From a virus (lineage: Duplodnaviria > Caudoviricetes): a stretch of DNA of 59,487 bases. The stretch lies in IMG/VR virus record IMGVR_UViG_3300036820_000019, positions 1 to 59,487 of that record; one strand, written 5' to 3'. The stretch's first letter is position 1, and each line of letters opens with the position of its first letter. Under the pieces are notes generated by a model. The model saw only the letters and a list, made by a program, of their open reading frames with translations. It did no database searches and was not told the DNA's origin. The position numbers and the translations under genes were made by a program. Shown one piece after another: positions 53,090 to 59,487 of the stretch.

Positions 53090-53544
53090 CGGGTCGGCCT
53101 CGACCAGAGCTGGTCGACGATGTACGACCGGACGGCGTTCTGATTGTGCGACCCGACCTGTTTGAATATCGCCTCGCGCAGTTCGTTGATGGCCGTCTCG
53201 AGTGGCTTCTGCCGAGTCGACGACTTCTCCATCGAGAGCTGCGCCAAACGCCGGTCGGCCTCGTGCTGCTCCGCCACGGCGAGAACACGGAACGGGTCGT
53301 CGACGGGGAGTTCGCCGACCCACTTCACGGCTACACCCTTGAGCCCGGCGACGTCGCCGTCGGCGTCGTAGGTCGGGTGCACTTCGTAGATGCAACCGGG
53401 CGTGCCCTTCGTCTTTTGGAACACCCACGGCGTCTCATCGGGCGCCGATTCTCGGACCCAGAGCCATCGCTGTTTACCGTTGACGATCCTGCGCCCGAGG
53501 GCGATCCATCGTTCGGTGCGGTCCTCGACCTCGGGCGTCGTCAC
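53086..53544 (-). CDS. Hypothetical protein
   Basis: GTGA coupling; GC3-rich. Confidence 0.65.
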   Translation of the reverse strand: MTTPEVEDRTERWIALGRRIVNGKQRWLWVRESAPDETPWVFQKTKGTPGCIYEVHPTYDADGDVAGLKGVAVKWVGELPVDDPFRVLAVAEQHEADRRLAQLSMEKSSTRQKPLETAINELREAIFKQVGSHNQNAVRSYIVDQLWSRPTR

Positions 53545-53852
53545 GACGGGTTCCCGAAGCGTCGAATGTCGGGAGTCCACTCGCCGGTGGCGGCGGACAT
53601 GCCGAGGTCGGCGAGAAGTTCGGCTTTGGTCGGGCCCTCGTCGGGCCCTCCCGGCCGCATGAGCATAATTATTTCGAGGGCGGCGTTCAGCCAGCCGGTC
53701 ATGCAGGCGACGGTGTCGATCAATTCGATTCGGGGCATGGTGAGCAGCGTCCGGGCGAGTTCGCCCTTCGTGCCCTGAGCATCCATGGCCGTCAGTGCCA
53801 TGACGCAGTTCGAGGCGGCGGCGTCGAGCCGCGGGTTGCGGTCGGCGGTCAT
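53541..53852 (-). CDS. Hypothetical protein
   Basis: ATGA coupling. Confidence 0.65.
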   Translation of the reverse strand: MTADRNPRLDAAASNCVMALTAMDAQGTKGELARTLLTMPRIELIDTVACMTGWLNAALEIIMLMRPGGPDEGPTKAELLADLGMSAATGEWTPDIRRFGNPS

Positions 53853-54277
53853 GCGAGCGAACCCGTGCGGAACGCAGCGAGGAGTTCGAGTTCCGACAGA
53901 CCCGAGACAGGGGCCGGGCAATCGGCGAGGACGGCGAAGCCGAACGAGAGAGCAGCGAGAGCGACCTCGGCCTCGGGGAACAGGACGACGTCGCCGACAC
54001 ACATCGAACGGAAGTACTGCCCGGTCGGACGGCTGTCGGAGTTCATGAGGGCGAACACGGTCTCGGCCGCGTCGAGGAGTTCGGCGAGCGGCGACCACTT
54101 GGCGGAGACGTCGCGCTGGGCCGGGCCCACAGCAACGGAGCCTTCGTAGACGACGACGAGCTGGTCGGTCGGGAGGACCGCCTGTTCGGCCGTGTCAGGG
54201 AACCGGCAGTACGCGGGACGAGGGACGACTTCGCCCTCGGAGTCGCGGGTGATGTTGCCGAGGAATTGGTAACGCAT
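53849..54277 (-). CDS. YodL-like domain protein, first gene of cassette 6
   Basis: ETVFALMN..RP..Y.RSMCVGDVV. Confidence 0.65.
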   Translation of the reverse strand: MRYQFLGNITRDSEGEVVPRPAYCRFPDTAEQAVLPTDQLVVVYEGSVAVGPAQRDVSAKWSPLAELLDAAETVFALMNSDSRPTGQYFRSMCVGDVVLFPEAEVALAALSFGFAVLADCPAPVSGLSELELLAAFRTGSLA

Positions 54278-54371
54278 GATGCATTGCCTCCTGGGGGAGT
54301 CATTCTGTCGGCGCCTTGCCAACAGGTGAAACGGTACTCGTCGACGGCCGGGCCGTCAAGACAATCTTTCA
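54278..54371 (-). promoter_or_regulatory. Promoter cassette copy 6
   Basis: TGAAAGATTGTC-TTGACG-N17-TACCGT, CTGTTGGC-AAGGC-GCCGACAG, CTCCCCCAGGAGG. Confidence 0.88.
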
Positions 54372-54376
54372 CGAGC

Positions 54377-54410
54377 GGCCCGGCCGAGACTTACACTCAC
54401 CGGCCGGGCC
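54377..54410 (-). terminator. GC hairpin directly upstream of cassette 6
   Basis: GGCCCGGCCG...CGGCCGGGCC perfect 10-bp inverted repeat. Confidence 0.55.
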
Positions 54411-54424
54411 CTCGATCGTTCGGT

Positions 54425-54970
54425 TTACGCAGACGCCACCTGCCAAACTCCGTTCTCGTCTTGGACCATGTCCTCGACGGGGACGAGTGCCGTGGTCGCT
54501 TTGCCGAGATCGGCAACGACCGTCTCATCATGCGCGGCCTGGCGAGCCAGACCCTCGGCGTGAAGGTTGTCGAGGTTCGGCGTGTCGGGCCGGGTAGCCG
54601 GGTCGGAGCCAGCGTCTTCCCATGCCTTGACGCTCGCCGTCTCCTCGCGGATCGCGTTCAGCCGTGCCGTCCGCTCTGCACCGGTCAGCTTCGACTTCGG
54701 CTTCGGGTCGGGACGGACCGCCTTGCGTGCGTTCGCCTTGCGAGCGGCGACTTTGCCGGGCGCCTTTTTGATGACGGCGGCGTGAGGGTCCTTCGCCGGG
54801 GCGGCCGCTTTGACCGGTGCGGGCTTGCCGCCTCCGGGCTTCTCCGGTCCGCCCTTTGCTGCCACGCGGGCAGCGCACGCCTTCTCCGACTTACAGCGCG
54901 GAGTGGTTCGCGGTGAAGGGAACTTGTAGCCGCAGACTTCGCAGTTCTCGTGCTTGGTTTCGGTTGCCAT
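54425..54970 (-). CDS. Zn-binding, Lys/Ala/Pro-rich (histone-H1-like) protein, sole gene of cassette 7
   Basis: CEVC...C..KAC then KPAPVKAAAPAK...KKAPGKVAARKANARK. Confidence 0.75.
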   Translation of the reverse strand: MATETKHENCEVCGYKFPSPRTTPRCKSEKACAARVAAKGGPEKPGGGKPAPVKAAAPAKDPHAAVIKKAPGKVAARKANARKAVRPDPKPKSKLTGAERTARLNAIREETASVKAWEDAGSDPATRPDTPNLDNLHAEGLARQAAHDETVVADLGKATTALVPVEDMVQDENGVWQVASA

Positions 54971-55070
54971 GGGCTCCTCCTGGGGGAGTCGATTCGGTCG
55001 GGCGCCTTGCCCGGCTCGTTGCATCGGTGACTGTAATGGAGCACCGCGGAAAGGTCAAGACAATCTTTCA
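54971..55070 (-). promoter_or_regulatory. Promoter cassette copy 7
   Basis: TGAAAGATTGTC-TTGACC-N17-TACAGT, CGGGC-AAGGC-GCCCG, CTCCCCCAGGAGG. Confidence 0.88.
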
Positions 55071-55080
55071 AGATGCGACA

Positions 55081-55108
55081 GGCGGGCCCCGCTCGCCCAG
55101 GGCCCGCC
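55081..55108 (-). terminator. GC hairpin after the cupin gene
   Basis: GGCGGGCCC...GGGCCCGCC inverted repeat. Confidence 0.5.
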
Positions 55109-55115
55109 CGGCGCT

Positions 55116-55667
55116 CTAGTGCAAGGGCGGAGCGTGAGGGCAGCCCTGCGCGATCAGTTCATCCCGCGTCCCGACCTTCGCGCAGAGGAGACATTCGAGA
55201 ACGCCGGGGAGGTCCGAGGCGACCGACGTGTACTCGACCGGTGTCATCCGGTCCTCGGAGTCGACGGGCATGTGCGGCGCACCGACAGCGAGGATGACGT
55301 GCTCGCTGATGGCGCCGACGGCGTGCGGTTCCATGCCGGGCACGAGGTAGATATCCCCGGCCTCGGTCGGGTGGATCTTGCCGCCTATGGTGACCGTCCC
55401 GTTGCCCGCCATGATGACGAGCAAGTGGTCGCCTGGGTGCGTGTGAGGAGTGAATCCGTCGCCCGCCTCGAGTCGGATGAGGTCGGCACCGAGGGCACCG
55501 TTCGAGACGAGCCCTCGGCCGTGCGCGTTCGAGTGCGCCATCTCCGCCGGGTAGTCGCCTATGAACCGTGAGACGTCGGCCGAGACGGTGAACAGCTTGC
55601 CTCGGTCGTAGCCGAGGATGCCCTGGCCCCACTTGACGATCTGTAGTTCGCTCACTTCGGTTTCCAT
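55116..55667 (-). CDS. Cupin-domain protein with a C-terminal Cys/His motif
   Basis: PHTHPGDHLLVI...GDIYLVPGMEPH; CLLC...CPH. Confidence 0.85.
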   Translation of the reverse strand: METEVSELQIVKWGQGILGYDRGKLFTVSADVSRFIGDYPAEMAHSNAHGRGLVSNGALGADLIRLEAGDGFTPHTHPGDHLLVIMAGNGTVTIGGKIHPTEAGDIYLVPGMEPHAVGAISEHVILAVGAPHMPVDSEDRMTPVEYTSVASDLPGVLECLLCAKVGTRDELIAQGCPHAPPLH

Positions 55668-56230
55668 GCCTTCCCGAACTCGGCGGTTCCGCCGCGCTTA
55701 GTCATCGAGCCTCGGTCGAGGAGGCGAGTCACTTCCTCCGGTTCCATCTGTAGTCGAGCCGCGATCTCCTCGGGTGCCACGTCGAGGTCGACGAGCTCCG
55801 CCACGAGCTCGGCCATCGACACAACGTAGTGAGTGCCGCGTGCTCGGTTGTGCCGGATGGTCGCCATGCGCTCCTGCGCCGGGTCGGAGTCGGAAAGAAA
55901 GACGACCGGAACTTTCCCGTTCGTCGCCGCGGCGACCGGGCCCCAGCCGGCAACGGTCCACCGGTGGAAGCCGTCGATGATCGTGCCGTCCTGCCGCGCG
56001 ACTATGGGTTGCGTCCAGCCGTCCTCGAGTATCGAGATCGCGAGCAGGATCATCTCGGGCCTGGCCGTCTTGTTCGGGTTCCAATGGTTCGCAGTCAGGG
56101 AGTCGCGGTCGACCCACTTCACGGCGGAGACGGGTTGCGCCTTTTGCCCCTGCCGTTTTGCCCGCGGTAGACCGCGGGGAGCCTCCGTCGGTGCGAACTC
56201 TTTCTCGCGTGCTCCGGTCTCAGCCCTCAA
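55652..56230 (-). CDS. ParB/Srx-like protein (IbrB-like)
   Basis: WNPN...SILEDGWTQPIV...IIDGFHRW...ATIRHNRARG. Confidence 0.88.
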   Translation of the reverse strand: MRAETGAREKEFAPTEAPRGLPRAKRQGQKAQPVSAVKWVDRDSLTANHWNPNKTARPEMILLAISILEDGWTQPIVARQDGTIIDGFHRWTVAGWGPVAAATNGKVPVVFLSDSDPAQERMATIRHNRARGTHYVVSMAELVAELVDLDVAPEEIAARLQMEPEEVTRLLDRGSMTKRGGTAEFGKAWKPK

Positions 56231-57422
56231 GAGTGATCCCCAGTTCCGCCTTGACCGCCGCCAGGTACGCAGTACGTAGCTTGTCGAACTCCTCCGGCTT
56301 CGGGAGCGGTCGCCATTCCCGGTTCTTGAGGTCGCCTCGGTCGGCGAGCATGTAGAGCCACTCCCACGAGAGCCCGGTCGTCGGGTGCATGGCCGAGACG
56401 AGAGGTTCGCTCGTGAGCTTGTAGTGCTGCCGGATGAAACCTTGGATGCGCCGACCGGTGTAGGTGCGGACCGACATGTCATCGACGGCCAGAAGCCGCT
56501 GTCGGATGAGTTCCTGCCAGGTGTAGCCCTCGGGCAGTTCCATCGACTCGCCGAACGAGTAGATCTCCGTGCGCGCATAGCGAGCAGCGGCGGCCGCGCC
56601 AGGCACGCGGTCGACCATCTTCGTCCAGAGGTCCGGGCAGCACGTCTTGAACACCCACAGATCCTTCATCGGTTGCTCGCCGTAGGGCGGAGCGCAGCGT
56701 TGCGACCCGTGAGGAATCCCGACCATTTCGAGGAGGTCGTAGTACTCGTTGTAGTCCCAGCCGAACGACGCGGCCGCGTGCCAGACGTCGTTCGTGTTCA
56801 TGTCGTACACCGGGTAGACCTTGGCGACGTTGGGCCCGAGGTCGTGAGCGTGGATGATCCAGTTCTCTTTGCGCCGGTTGCCGACCGCGCGGCGCCGGGT
56901 CATCGACTCAGCGGCCCGTATCCCCATCAGCACGCCGACCGAGCCCAACTCCGCCGGACACAGGAGTCCGGTCGTCTCCGGGATCGTGGGTCGTCGCTCC
57001 GGCGGTTCTACGGGGAAGCCTGGCAAGTCAGTGATGGCTTCGGGCGGTAGAGGGCGGCACCAGAGATCGCGTGCCTCCGGCGCCCACGGCCACCAGTGCG
57101 GCGACTCTCGTGAGCACCCGTTCCGGTGTTGCACCGGCAGGCACAACCATTCGAGTTCGATGCGAGGGTCCTGGGCTATGCGCCGGACGTAGTCCTCGGT
57201 CTCGAACGGTATCGCCTCCTCGTCGAAGAACACGACCCGGAGCGGCAGTTTGCCGAGGCGCTCGGCGACGGTGAGGGCGACGTTGAGGACGACCGTCGAA
57301 TCCTTGCCGCCCGAGAACGAGACCCAGACGTTGTCGAATTGCGCGTACGCCTGCGCCGTGCGGTCGAGTGCCTCGTCCCAGACGTTCCGCTCGAGTTCGT
57401 CTTTCTGCCAGGCAATGCTCAC
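56220..57422 (-). CDS. PAPS-reductase-family (PP-loop) protein, IbrA/DUF3440-like
   Basis: VSFSGGKDS, FFDEE, GIRAAESMTR, YPVYD, QRCAPPYG. Confidence 0.88.
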   Translation of the reverse strand: MSIAWQKDELERNVWDEALDRTAQAYAQFDNVWVSFSGGKDSTVVLNVALTVAERLGKLPLRVVFFDEEAIPFETEDYVRRIAQDPRIELEWLCLPVQHRNGCSRESPHWWPWAPEARDLWCRPLPPEAITDLPGFPVEPPERRPTIPETTGLLCPAELGSVGVLMGIRAAESMTRRRAVGNRRKENWIIHAHDLGPNVAKVYPVYDMNTNDVWHAAASFGWDYNEYYDLLEMVGIPHGSQRCAPPYGEQPMKDLWVFKTCCPDLWTKMVDRVPGAAAAARYARTEIYSFGESMELPEGYTWQELIRQRLLAVDDMSVRTYTGRRIQGFIRQHYKLTSEPLVSAMHPTTGLSWEWLYMLADRGDLKNREWRPLPKPEEFDKLRTAYLAAVKAELGITLEG

Positions 57423-58111
57423 TTGGCGCGGCGTTCGAGGTCGGCGAGGGCGAACATGGCTTCGCCGATTGTGTCGACCTCGAATTGCTTCGCCTGGGCC
57501 CGTAAGTACTTCACGACGACGTCGCGCTCCTCGGTCGAATTGAACACGAGAGTGACCGACACCGCGTCGGTCTCGTTGACGCCGCCCTCCGAGCCCATGG
57601 CGTGACCACGAGACTCGCCGAGGATGTCATCGAGGAATCCACCATCACCCGCCGCGGCCAGTCCACTACTCGCCATGAGGTCCCGCATCGTCTGGTCGTT
57701 GTACCCAGTGCCGAGGAGACCTTCGGGCGTTGCTTTGAGATCCTGTAGGACCTGGGCCAGAGCCAGCGGGTCGTTGCCGCCCGCCTCGGTGAGCCGGTTG
57801 AGCGCCAGGACCATGCGCGTCGCGTGGCGGTCGTTCTTCGACCTCACGCCAGTCTGCACCGGGACGAGCCATTCGTCGCCGTCGGCGTCGACGTTCTTCG
57901 GCGGAGAGTCCCCGGCGTCACGGAGGATGACAAGTTCGTCGAGGCGGCCGTGACCACCGAGGAGTCGACCCGTGCGGTCGTCGAGGACCAGCGACTCGAT
58001 GAACCCGTGCTGCTCGAACGACTCACGAATGAGGTCGAGGTCGTGCAACTTCGGGTTGACCTTCGCGGGCGCGACGTCTGAGAGTTTCATGTACCGGATA
58101 GCGAGCGGCAT
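57419..58111 (-). CDS. ParB-like N-terminal domain protein
   Basis: NPKLHD...SFEQHGF...TGRLLGGHGR...LALNRLTE.G. Confidence 0.8.
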   Translation of the reverse strand: MPLAIRYMKLSDVAPAKVNPKLHDLDLIRESFEQHGFIESLVLDDRTGRLLGGHGRLDELVILRDAGDSPPKNVDADGDEWLVPVQTGVRSKNDRHATRMVLALNRLTEAGGNDPLALAQVLQDLKATPEGLLGTGYNDQTMRDLMASSGLAAAGDGGFLDDILGESRGHAMGSEGGVNETDAVSVTLVFNSTEERDVVVKYLRAQAKQFEVDTIGEAMFALADLERRAK

Positions 58112-58125
58112 CGCCCGGAGTCTAG

Positions 58126-58287
58126 TTACGCCCAGTTGTCGTAGGTGCCGACCGGTTCGGGCACGACGAGGATCACCGTGCCACCGGCGAACTCGATAGC
58201 GATGCACGCCCCGTCGCCGTCAAGGTCGATGATGTCCCGCGGGTCGACCTTTGCCAGCTCCGCCATCAGCTCGCCGACGGTGATCAT
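58126..58287 (-). CDS. 53-aa hypothetical protein (not in ORF track)
   Basis: MITVGELMAELAKVDPRD... Confidence 0.6.
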   Translation of the reverse strand: MITVGELMAELAKVDPRDIIDLDGDGACIAIEFAGGTVILVVPEPVGTYDNWA

Positions 58288-59033
58288 GACGGACTTACGA
58301 CAGCCGACAGTCGGACCAGTCCGCGAGCCAGGGCCACCAGCCCATCCGAGACCACTCGACGTAGGCGGCGCGGTTTTGCACCGCGGGCGAGGAGTCCCCC
58401 GGCGGCGAACGCAAGCCGGTCACGCTCAGCCACGTCCCGCCCTCGAACTGCCAGATGTTCCCGTAAGCCCTCGGGTCGTAGGTCACTCCGTTGATGGTCG
58501 TCGACTCGTGTCGTTCCACGCACTTCGCCGCTGCCGATGCCAGCCAGGACGTCTCCGATCGTGTCGCCCGGTTGGATCGGGCCACCGAGCCAGAGATCCT
58601 GATAGACGACGAGGTCGAACTCACCATCGTCGACGTAGAACCCTTCGAGGTTCGGCCGGATGGTGACGACGAGATCCGGGAGTCCTTCGGGGAGGTCCGG
58701 ATTGCGACTGATGCGGAGACCGCCTCGACCGACGTTGGGCCCATCGATGCCAGGCTGATAGGGCGTGCCGACGTCGATAGACCCGGCGAAGTAGTCCCCG
58801 AACGTGAGGGGATCGAACGGGTCCTCGTCGCCTGCGCCAGGGTGACCGTCGGGGAGATCGTGAACGGTGAGTAACCGCTCCGACTCGATGCGGGCACGGA
58901 GGCGAGAACGGTCGCGCCAGTTCTTGAGGTCGGCGGCGTCGGCGATGTTGAGACCGGGACAATCCTCGGGCTCGTGACCAACGCCAAGACAGATAAAGCA
59001 GGGAGCGCCGCCCGGCGCAGCCGCCTCACTCAT
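58284..59033 (-). CDS. Zinc-knuckle (CX2CX4HX4C) acidic protein overlapping the Rpf-like ORF
   Basis: CFICLGVGHEPEDC; GC3-biased codons down to ~58530. Confidence 0.6.
   Translation of the reverse strand: MSEAAAPGGAPCFICLGVGHEPEDCPGLNIADAADLKNWRDRSRLRARIESERLLTVHDLPDGHPGAGDEDPFDPLTFGDYFAGSIDVGTPYQPGIDGPNVGRGGLRISRNPDLPEGLPDLVVTIRPNLEGFYVDDGEFDLVVYQDLWLGGPIQPGDTIGDVLAGIGSGEVRGTTRVDDHQRSDLRPEGLREHLAVRGRDVAERDRLAFAAGGLLARGAKPRRLRRVVSDGLVALARGLVRLSAVVSPS
58295..59029 (-). CDS. Rpf-like transglycosylase with putative signal peptide and Ser/Thr linker
   Basis: CVERHES...YGNIWQFEGGTW...SPAVQNRAA...GWWPW..C; N-terminus MRRLRRAALPALSVLALV. Confidence 0.7.
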   Translation of the reverse strand: MRRLRRAALPALSVLALVTSPRIVPVSTSPTPPTSRTGATVLASVPASSRSGYSPFTISPTVTLAQATRTRSIPSRSGTTSPGLSTSARPISLASMGPTSVEAVSASVAIRTSPKDSRISSSPSGRTSKGSTSTMVSSTSSSIRISGSVARSNRATRSETSWLASAAAKCVERHESTTINGVTYDPRAYGNIWQFEGGTWLSVTGLRSPPGDSSPAVQNRAAYVEWSRMGWWPWLADWSDCRLS

Positions 59034-59070
59034 CAGGCCTTCCCTCACCGCGGGAGTAGCTCGGAACCGA

Positions 59071-59096
59071 CAACATATTTTCAACATATTTTGAAA
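59071..59096. repeat. AT-rich tandem 11-mer with an embedded palindrome
   Basis: CAACATATTTT x2; TTTCAA-N6-TTGAAA. Confidence 0.8.
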
Positions 59097-59112
59097 GAAT
59101 CATGGGAACTCC

Positions 59113-59487
59113 TCAGTCCTTCGGGTAGGCGGCCAGAGCGCCGCGGGCCCGTGCTTCGTCAGGGTCGAATGATGGGTGGTCGGCGAGGACCATCGGCCTC
59201 TCGCCGTTCGCAAAGATAGGCGCGTGGTCGTACAGGTCGTCATCTTCGGCGCCTTCGCCCTCGTCGCCGTCGGTGCGCGACACGTCGCGCAAGGGTGCGT
59301 CGGGTGCGTGGCCGCCGCCGTTGTTCTCGCGGGCGTCACCGGCCGCCAGTTCCCGGCGCCAACGAGTGATGGTCTCGGCGTGGAACCCGAACATCTCGCC
59401 CGCCGCCTTGACGCCGATCCGGTTCGACTCGGCGACGACCTCCATTTTCGTGTCGAGCGAAGGGTCCTCCCTGCGCGACTTGTCGCG
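59113..59487 (-). CDS. HTH DNA-binding protein, 3' part (starts at 331)
   Basis: Frame is continuous across the circular junction. Confidence 0.75.
   Translation of the reverse strand, partial: RDKSRREDPSLDTKMEVVAESNRIGVKAAGEMFGFHAETITRWRRELAAGDARENNGGGHAPDAPLRDVSRTDGDEGEGAEDDDLYDHAPIFANGERPMVLADHPSFDPDEARARGALAAYPKD
59361..59487. repeat. Terminal direct repeat (copy 2)
   Basis: Identical to 1-127. Confidence 0.95.

Noticed and set aside
55652-58111. ParABS partition system or sulfur-assimilation (cysH) auxiliary gene
   Set aside because: No ParA ATPase; the motifs fit the IbrA/IbrB subfamily rather than true CysH or partition ParB

Overview
The window is a complete circular, high-GC tailed phage genome of 59,360 bp. 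Bases 1-127 repeat exactly at 59361-59487, and an HTH gene reads in frame across the join. The host is probably an actinobacterium: the head module has the hexamer/pentamer capsid, double-domain prohead protease and DUF1360-portal layout known from cluster-B-like actinobacteriophages. Every credible gene is on the minus strand. In transcription order the modules are: an Rpf-like/zinc-knuckle overlapping gene pair; a ParB-like / PAPS-reductase-like (IbrA) / ParB (IbrB) / cupin cluster; many small accessory genes; the terminases; an accessory island between terminase and portal; head, neck, tail and lysis genes; then a UvrD helicase, Gam, ERF, SSB, an HTH initiator, an HNH nuclease and MazG. I recognised no integrase, DNA polymerase, tRNA or CRISPR array. 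The strongest unexplained signal is a regulatory system. Seven dispersed copies of a cassette each combine a dyad operator fused to a -35 box (TGAAAGATTGTCTTGAC), a -10 box, a covarying leader hairpin and an extended RBS (CTCCCCCAGGAGG). A structured ~100-nt RNA candidate at the end of the late operon carries CCUCCUGGGAG, complementary to that RBS. Other highlights are a 137-nt structured RNA before the capsid promoter, a likely catalytically dead copy of the prohead protease, and apparent avoidance of CTGCAG. All annotations come from reading motifs by eye; no database searches were run.
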